A stretch of DNA of 64,000 nt. It comes from Octopus vulgaris (taxonomy: Eukaryota). The position numbers were made by a program, and so were the translations under genes. The first letter of the stretch is position 1. Each line of letters opens with the position of its first letter. The stretch lies in NCBI GenBank assembly GCA_951406725.2, contig OX597818.1, positions 40,920,001 through 40,984,000 on the forward strand, read 5' to 3'. Positions 55,108 to 64,000 of this stretch are shown here, piece by piece. Below the pieces are notes generated by a model. It saw only the letters and a program-made list of their open reading frames with translations, ran no database searches and was not told the origin of the DNA.

Positions 55108-55630
55108 ATTGTCCTCCTTGGCAGGTCGCAGAAAAAGTATTATATAGAAGGCCATGTGGGAGCGAATGTGTCACGAGAAGCATTTTACTCCCTCGTTTAT
55201 TCATTTATATATTTTATATCACAACAACGTCGTTGATTTCAGATTTTCAACAAGGCAATCATGGGTCTTCTTTATTTCTTCCAGTGAGATTGATAAAGCA
55301 GTTTTTTGGAATAAAGTGTAGAAGGTTTTTTCTTTGTAAAACAGCTGTCTTTCTATTTTCACTCGTTCATGAGTTATTTTTGCAAGCGTATCAGAACTGT
55401 TTCTAAGAACATAACTAAACTTAGCTAGTTATATATCGGGTGCAGATTGCATCAATAACCAGCTGGAGGAGACACCTTCTTGGGGTTAAAAATTGTAGTA
55501 TCGTTGGTTCGTACGGAACAGCCATGTTGAAGTGGCGACAAATAACTAAACTTACTGATGGAAAATGCATGAAACTGTAACAAATTTCATGTCTTTTCAC
55601 TTAACATATAATATATTTTTATTTATTTAC

Positions 55631-55673
<43 letters not shown>

Positions 55674-57193
55674 TTATGGCTGCAGGAAAAGGTAGACATA
55701 ATAATCTTCTGTCGCTATGAAGCAAAACCTGTGCTACTTTACATTTTTGGAATCTAAAACAAGATCTAGAAAATATTTGTTGGTCAAAATGATAGTGGTG
55801 GACTTAAGACCCTTACATACGAAATAATATGTTGATTGTGTCACATGACTTCAGAAAAGATGCTCATATGAGAAGCTTTCCTTTGTTAGAAATTATATGA
55901 CACTCAAAAATAGCAAGATATGCTTCCAAATATGTTGTGCGTAAGAAGGACTTCAACCATAAATGTAATGCATATAGGCTCATTTATCACTGATCCAGGA
56001 TAACACAGTATATTCAGTTGTGAACCATGTTATGCTTATCACGAATTGGTCAGTGATAAGATGAGTCGTCGATCAATCGAAGAATCTGTATCGCAGACAT
56101 GCACCCCGGCGAACACCTAATTTGCCCAACTACCCAGAATCCACTAACAAACACTAGTTTACATGAACATATTGCGAAGTCGCATATATTTTATACGGAT
56201 TTGCGTATTTGTTCCCATCAACATAGAACCAGTGAATAGAAATATATACGAATACATATGATCGTAACAAAAGACAGATGATCAAGAAAAATACGTGACG
56301 ATGATAGCAGCTTCATTGCCATGGGCCGAAAATTTGGTCTCAATGGGTTTGCTGTTCATTACATTTACGAAGAGCGAGGAGATGACTCACCTATCACTGT
56401 TCTTTTGTTATTTGGAACCAAGCCGCCGTGACAGATGAAGATAGATATACTAATAACTAGGATCATAGTAATATTTCAATAACAAGAACGTCGCTAGAAT
56501 TATATTCATCAAAAGTCTCTACCAACATAACGAGGAAGCCTCTACTCTATCACTCTACCGCTAGAAACAAGTGTCCCACATTCCTTACATAATCTCTTCT
56601 TAAAATAGGAGTTAACGGGTAATGTAGTCCTAGATACGTTCTTTACACAGAAATAGATGAGTTACTCAATATCGTTGCTTTGGATGAAAGAAGCACAACA
56701 TTAAGCCCTACATGGTTATCTTAAAGAAACGACATAGCCGTGTCGTTATGGGAAACATCTGATATGACTGCTTAATGGAGCATCAGTTAAGAAGATAATA
56801 CTTGCGGGCAATTCCTTTGTAAGCTACAATGTCTTTACCTGAAATATATATTCAGGCTTCAGCTTGTAATCACTGAATGAGTTATTTACTATTTATTTAA
56901 TCAAAAATCTTGAATTTTGTCCTGGACGAACAAAGTATATTTAATTCTATGGAAGTCTGCTATGTATGTCTACATATGTATCTGTATAAGAATGTATATC
57001 GACGCAGCTAGGTTAAGTGGTCAGTAGCTCGCTTCACAATCACAAGTTCTGAGGTTCGATACATTACATGCCATTTACCATACAAGGTGAGCTTAAATTT
57101 CCTGAGTGAAATTGAGTAAAGCGAAAACTGTGAAGAAATCAGAACAAATATCGTAAAGCGTTCTGTGCAATAAATACTCTGACACCACATACT

Positions 57194-57381
57194 GGTTTCA
57201 AATTTTTGCACAATGCCAGCAATTTTGGAGGAGGGGTAAGTCAATTTCATCGAATCCATGCTCAACTGGTACTTATTTTATCGACTCCCAAAGGGATGAA
57301 AGGCAAAGTAGAACTCGGTGAAATTTGAACTTAGAACATAAAAACGGACGAAATGACGCTAAGCATTTTGTCCGCCGTGCA
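57194..57381 (-). mobile_element. SINE family B
   Basis: Tail, core and partial head on the minus strand. Confidence 0.82.
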
Positions 57382-57965
57382 ACACCGTATATTGTTTATA
57401 GGTTGGAATAAATATTTTGAAAGAACCAATGGTTATTTTTTTATTTAGGCACAAATCCAGCTATTTTAATACAAGGGATTCGTCGAAAACAAAAAAATGA
57501 AAATTGAAGTTGACCTTGTGAATTTTGAAGACAAAACATAAAAAGTTGGAAGAAATACTCGATGGCATCGGGTTTTTTAAACTATAGCTGTAATATATCC
57601 GGTTTGACATCTGCTTGTGATGATAGAATACTGCACAGTACGGCTGTCGGTATTTGTCTTGATTCTTTGCGATATAAGATCAAATCAATCCCAGGTTGAC
57701 TTTGCCTATCATCGTTGCGCTGTCAAAAAAAAAAAAAATACCAATCCAAGATAATAGGTTGGCTGAATTATTTGAGTGTGCGAGTTCAAAATCCGCCCAT
57801 CACCGCAAAACGTCAATACTTCTATCAGTACATACAACCGACTATATATATATATTTATATATGTATATATATATGTGTGTGTGTGTGTGTGTGCATATG
57901 TACACTTATATACATATATACACACAGGCACATATGTGTATGTATATGTATATATATACGTGTGT

Positions 57966-58004
<39 letters not shown>

Positions 58005-58625
58005 TGTGTGTGTGTTTTCCACAAACGCATTTTGTCAACAGAGAAAATGCAAGAGTAAGAAAGAAAGAAAAAAATGAAAGAATGAAAGAAAAAAAGAAAG
58101 AAAGAAAGAAAGAAAGACAAAGGAAGTAAGCATAAAAATGATAAAAACACATTAAGCGGAATTAATTGAAGCAATTTTATTTACCATAATGTTGCGACAT
58201 CAAAAACAAAAACAAAAAATCAAATCAAACAATTCCTTACTGCTTTTGACATTAATTGCAATGTTGCAATAATTATCAGTTGAAAGCATTCCACTTTCAT
58301 ATACACTGCACTTCACAGTTGCAAATTACATTCTTTTCTTGTGCAACCACACCTTTATTAATGAATTACTGATAAACAAGCGTACATATACAGATGCACA
58401 TCTATACACGTTCATACATATGCATCGACACATACATATACAGACAGGTATCTCGAGAGTTCTAATCGCACACACATGCACAAACACACACACAAACAAA
58501 CAAACATACTGCTATACTCATATATGATTTGCTTGTGTGTGTGTATATATATACAGAGAGAGAGAGAAGGAGAAAGAGAGAGAGAAGGAGAGAGAGAGAG
58601 AGAAATATATATATACACGTGTGTG

Positions 58626-58656
<31 letters not shown>

Positions 58657-58685
58657 GTGCACACACACACAGAGGCAAAAGCACA

Positions 58686-58720
<35 letters not shown>

Positions 58721-58814
58721 AGGAGAGAGAGAGAGAGAAATATATATATACACGTGTGTGTATGTGTGTATATGTATATATGTGTGCACACACACACAGA
58801 GGCAAAAGCACATC

Positions 58815-58867
<53 letters not shown>

Positions 58868-59196
58868 GTGCGTACAAACAAAACGGCACTCAATACATAC
58901 GTTAGAGTCTATATTTATAGGTAATCGGTCGGTCGATTTTTCACATGGTTGCTCAGAGTTTCATCCTATTACATACGAAGAACCTAGTTCATGGATTGTT
59001 TCTCATTGAGTAAATATATGAACATTTCATATATATATGTGTGTTTGTATGTATGTATGTATGTATGTATGTATGTATGTATATAAATATATATGTATGT
59101 ATGCATGTATGTGTATGTATGTATGTATGAACAGATAGATAGATAAATATAGATACAGATATTTATATACATACATGTATATATATATACATGTAC

Positions 59197-59266
<70 letters not shown>

Positions 59267-59354
59267 ATGCATGTATGTATACATATATATATATATTAAG
59301 AACAAATTTACTTAGAAATGGATGCGCGCGTTCTGTCGTGTAATGTATGTATGT

Positions 59355-59416
<62 letters not shown>

Positions 59417-60115
59417 GCATGTATGTATTTATATATATATAAATATACATACATAGATATATGTGTACGTATATATATATATATATATATACATATGTAT
59501 AAATACACGCACACACTCACACACACATATATGCAATCGCATAAACGCACACATTCACACACACACACACACTTATATATATATCACATACTTACAGAAC
59601 ACACAAACATACATCTACACGCAAAAACGATGCAATTACATTAAGTGCTCTGCAATTTAAGTGTTTAATGACATCGAGGTCGAACTCTCTTACCAACTTC
59701 TATACGTACTCCTCCTTTATGCTCTTCATATATTGTTTTCCTTTTGGTTCTAATTATATTTCTTTTAGCTTTTCCTTCCCACAATGCCTTGCAGATTTGC
59801 GACTCAGAAATCTTCCCGATTTCTATTTTATTTTCCCTGTTTCTTTTTTTCTTTTCTTTTTTTTTTTGTTCATACTTTTCCTTTTATTATTTCGAACCAC
59901 ATGACCTGTTTGTCATTTGCATTGAGTGACACACGTTACAATTTCGTTTGCCACTTGCCCACGTCTACACATCTCGTCCCGACATTTCATTCTCTAATTG
60001 TATCATGTATCTCATATCTGAGATTGCATTTTATCTAAATTTGTATGTTGCATGTGCGCGTTATGCATTGCCCATGCGCGCGTTATGCATTGCCCATGCG
60101 TTGGTGTGCGTGCGT

Positions 60116-60174
<59 letters not shown>

Positions 60175-60310
60175 GTGTGAATGTGTGTCTGTGTGTGCTT
60201 GTGTCAGAATGTGTTCTTGAGTGCTTGTGAGCGTGGCTGCGGTATATGCTGGGAGTTATCTCATTTGCTTTTAAGTGTTAATTGCACAAAAGTAATACGG
60301 AAGACTTCGT

Positions 60311-60343
<33 letters not shown>

Positions 60344-60628
60344 AGAGAACGAGAGAGAAGGGGGTGAGAAAGAATTAGACAAAGAGGGAGTGGGTGAGAA
60401 AATGTGGAAGAAAAAAATGTCAGAAAAAGAATTTGTGAAACATTTGTACACTGGTTGTTTTTACATATCATGGGTGAATTCATATACATCAAGGAAACGC
60501 ACAAATGAAATGCACACATGTGTATGGAAGTACTATATATACGAGTGCATATACATTGCTGCACGGACGAGGCTGCTGTGGAAGGGCTATTCGTGTTTCA
60601 CTCTTCCATTTCGTGTTCGTCGACGCAG

Positions 60629-60758
60629 GTACGTGCCAGAAGACCCTACACAGCCGGCGAATTCTCGACATGCTGCAGTCAACTTCACTTCGTCTGTCTG
60701 CACGTGAACGCGCTCGTCTTCGCTGCCCCTGCATGGCTTCTGCCTCTGGTGGAAGCCA
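60629..60758 (+). other. Candidate exon in a GC/CpG-rich island, possibly a 5' exon of the downstream ChAT
   Basis: Pyrimidine tract plus CAG ending at 60628. In-frame ATGs at 60670 and 60733 give MLQSTSLRLSARERARLRCPCMASASGGS. Possible donors GTAAAT (60759) or GTATGT (60771). No homology recognised. Confidence 0.25.
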
Positions 60759-61519
60759 GTAAATGTAACAGTATGTATGTGAATTATATATGTGAAAATA
60801 TAGGTGCGTGTATGTATGTATGTATGTATGTATGTATGTATGTATGTATGTATGTTTGTTTGTATGTATGTATGTATGTACGTGTGTGTGTGGGAGGTTG
60901 TTTGTGTATGTATGTATATATATATGTATGGATAATTGTTGAAAGCTAGCCAACGAGAAAGTTACTGTAAAGTTCTACATGATTTCAGGCTAAGTGCATT
61001 TCGTGCGGAATTTGAACATAGAACGTAAAAGAATGTTACCAGCTATCACAATACAGCTCTGATGTTCTATCGATTCATACTTAATATATATATATATAAT
61101 ATATATACATGATACGGAGTGTGATATGCATACTTTAATATTTGAGAAATAACAACGAGACGATCATTATTGCATAGAGAGATGAGTGTCGCTGGTATAA
61201 CCGAACAATAAGTTAGACCTAAGTTAATTAAAGGCAACAGAGAGCTCTGCCAACGCACGTGATGGTAGAGCGGTCCTTTAGGTACAAGCTTAACCTCACA
61301 CTGATAAAACATATACGAGTGGAATCTTATAAAATATTAGTTTAACAGGAGGTCAGAAGGTATACTACAATTTTGAGAGCATGAAGCCATCTTAGTTTTT
61401 CGTGTGTTGTAATGGTAAATAAACTCTGGCTTTATAAAGAATTATTTTCCTTATTTGCATGGCAGCACTACAGCGTATTTTAAGTTTGAGAGCAGCTGTT
61501 TTAATTATTATTATTATTA

Positions 61520-61551
<32 letters not shown>

Positions 61552-61552
<1 letters not shown>

Positions 61553-61853
61553 CTTTTTTTTTTCTTCTTTCAAATTTGCTTCCATTTCTTGCCGAGTGTC
61601 TTCCTGACTCCTAGGGCAAAGAAACTCATAGTATACATTGGTAGGCCATTAAACCAAACTCAATAGTTCGTTCATTTTTTTTTTTTTTTTTTTAAGTTAA
61701 ATTAAAATACATGAGCAGCAACAGTTCTCACATCGACAATGCTCTTCTCAATACGTGTGATGTACCAGTTAAGACAATATTTTGCACTTCTTGCAGGGAT
61801 GGTAAGACAGGGATCCTTCTCATATAATTTTCGGTTCCCTTCTTGATCATTCC
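61552..61853 (-). mobile_element. 5'-truncated R4/Dong-type LINE 3' end in (TAA)n
   Basis: GMIKKGTENYMRRIPVLPSLQEVQNIVLTGTSHVLRRALSM* plus 3' UTR, with (ATT)n on both sides. Confidence 0.85.
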
Positions 61854-62258
<405 letters not shown>

Positions 62259-62365
62259 ACATACATACATGCATGCTCCTTCCTTTAATGAGCGTCCGAT
62301 AATACAATACTTGTACCACGTCCTCGCGTTGATGTTTTTCTTGTTTGTTCTTTGCTTGGATTCAC

Positions 62366-62433
<68 letters not shown>

Positions 62434-62644
62434 ATCCCGCTTCAAAAAAAAAAACGAAGAAAAACCACAAGAAGAAAAAAACATCAACACGAGGACGTGA
62501 TACACGCAATGTATTAGCAGACGCTCAGGGAAGGAAAGTAAGGTGGTTTTGCGTTTCTGACAGAAACAGAAGACAGAGGAAAGTCCAAGAGAAAAGGAAG
62601 ACGGAGTGAAAAATCGCCAACGATCGACATGTGGTTACATTTTG

Positions 62645-62722
<78 letters not shown>

Positions 62723-62899
62723 GGAAATCATCGTCTGACTGAAGTCTTCATTCGAAGGCTTGCAACCGTGTCCTGCGCTGAAAGTAATGATGCGACAGAG
62801 TGGAGTAAAACCGGTTGACAGATGTGAAGAGGTATAACCGCATAGTGTCGGTCGCCTGATTAAATGTTCCGGTTTGGTCAGAGAAGAAAGAAGTTAAAC

Positions 62900-63300
62900 A
62901 TTGAAAACATGTTTTCAGACTTAAATTGCAGAAGCTTCGACCAGTTAGTTGCACTAAAACTGAAAATGGGAGAGAGAGATGAGGAAAGGAGTAGATAATC
63001 CAGTATGGATCAGTAATAGATGGAGAAAGGTTTGTTCATATAGACGGTGTGTAGATCAAAGATATGACTAGAATAGTTTATGAAGTCAGTAGAGACACCA
63101 CAGGCTGGTAACAGAATCAGCCTGCATACGAGCAATGCTAGAACAAAAATGATTTGTGTACGTTGAACTCACCAAGAATGATGTTTATTAGAGAGGAGAG
63201 AGAGCGCGAGAGCGAGAGATCGAGAGAGATCTTAGCTGAGTTCACATGTAGTCCACCAACGCAGGCTGATAAATACGGCAATTGATGGTGGTGTGCAATA
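62900..63300 (-). mobile_element. Decayed APE-endonuclease LINE fragment (CR1/L2-like)
   Basis: Minus-strand IILGEFNVH resembles the APE motif IILGDFNVH. Ends are approximate. Confidence 0.35.
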
Positions 63301-63327
63301 TACGAACAGTCATACGCGCATAAATTT

Positions 63328-63616
63328 GTGGAGGCACATGGCCTAGTGGTTAGAGCCGCGGACTCGCAGTCGAGGGATTGCGAGTTCAAATCTCAGACCA
63401 GGCGATGTGTGTGTTTATGAGCGAAGCACCTAAGCTCCACGCGGCTCTGGCAGAAGGTAATGGCGAACTTCTGCCGACTCTTTCGCCACCACTTTCTCTC
63501 ACTCTTTCCTCCTGCATCTTGCAGTTCACCTGCGACGAACCTATACGCCAAGGAAACCGAAAAGCGGTCCTTATGAGCTGGGCATGGCTCGAGAAGGAAC
63601 ACACAACAACATAACA
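63328..63616 (+). mobile_element. SINE family C variant
   Basis: 9-bp TSD CATAAATTT at 63319-63327 and 63617-63625, with a CAA-rich tail. Confidence 0.88.
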
Positions 63617-63925
63617 CATAAATTTACGTAAATACCCAGCACACATATGTATCTCTGTATACTTTAAGATGCACACATATAACTGAAACAGAATCAGAGA
63701 AAAAGATAGAGAGAGAGAGAGAGAGAGAAAGAAAGTAAAAGAGTGAGAGAGTGGAGGCAATGAGTGAGGGACTGAGCGAGAAAAATTTGGACTTAGAATT
63801 GCTCTTTTGGTACAACATATAATTATCATTACTACACGTTTTTGGCAAGCCTGACTGCCGCCAACTATAACTTGTAGCATATATATATATATATACATAA
63901 CAATATATACGTGTGTGTATACATA

Positions 63926-63991
<66 letters not shown>

Positions 63992-64000
63992 CACATATAT

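Overview
Eukaryotic, AT-rich, microsatellite-dense DNA. The SINE families and repeat landscape point to an octopod (Octopus-like) genome; this is an inference. The only convincing protein-coding gene is an intronless vesicular acetylcholine transporter (VAChT/SLC18A3, 31178-33007, +). It carries an unusual 144-aa cytoplasmic tail ending in Gly/Ser/Tyr/Asn-rich repeats. In most bilaterians VAChT is nested in the first intron of choline acetyltransferase (ChAT). I found no ChAT catalytic exon here, but I see three candidates that fit a cholinergic locus: a 5' exon ending at 24689, a non-coding exon at 30474-30566/30570 whose splice acceptor can be masked by a GC-rich hairpin, and a GC-rich candidate exon at 60629. 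The rest is a TE/microsatellite mosaic: three tRNA-derived SINE families with nested, inverted and tail-swapped copies, several restriction-like-endonuclease (R4/Dong-type) LINE fragments sitting in (TAA)n or (CATA)n, an RTE fragment, a non-autonomous Helitron, and a 5'-truncated tRNA-Glu fused to a SINE tail. Two Penelope-type minimal hammerhead ribozymes lie on the minus strand, one with an apparently compensatory G3-C8 core. Nearly all other ORFs in the track are microsatellite or TE artefacts. All analysis was done by eye; no searches were run.
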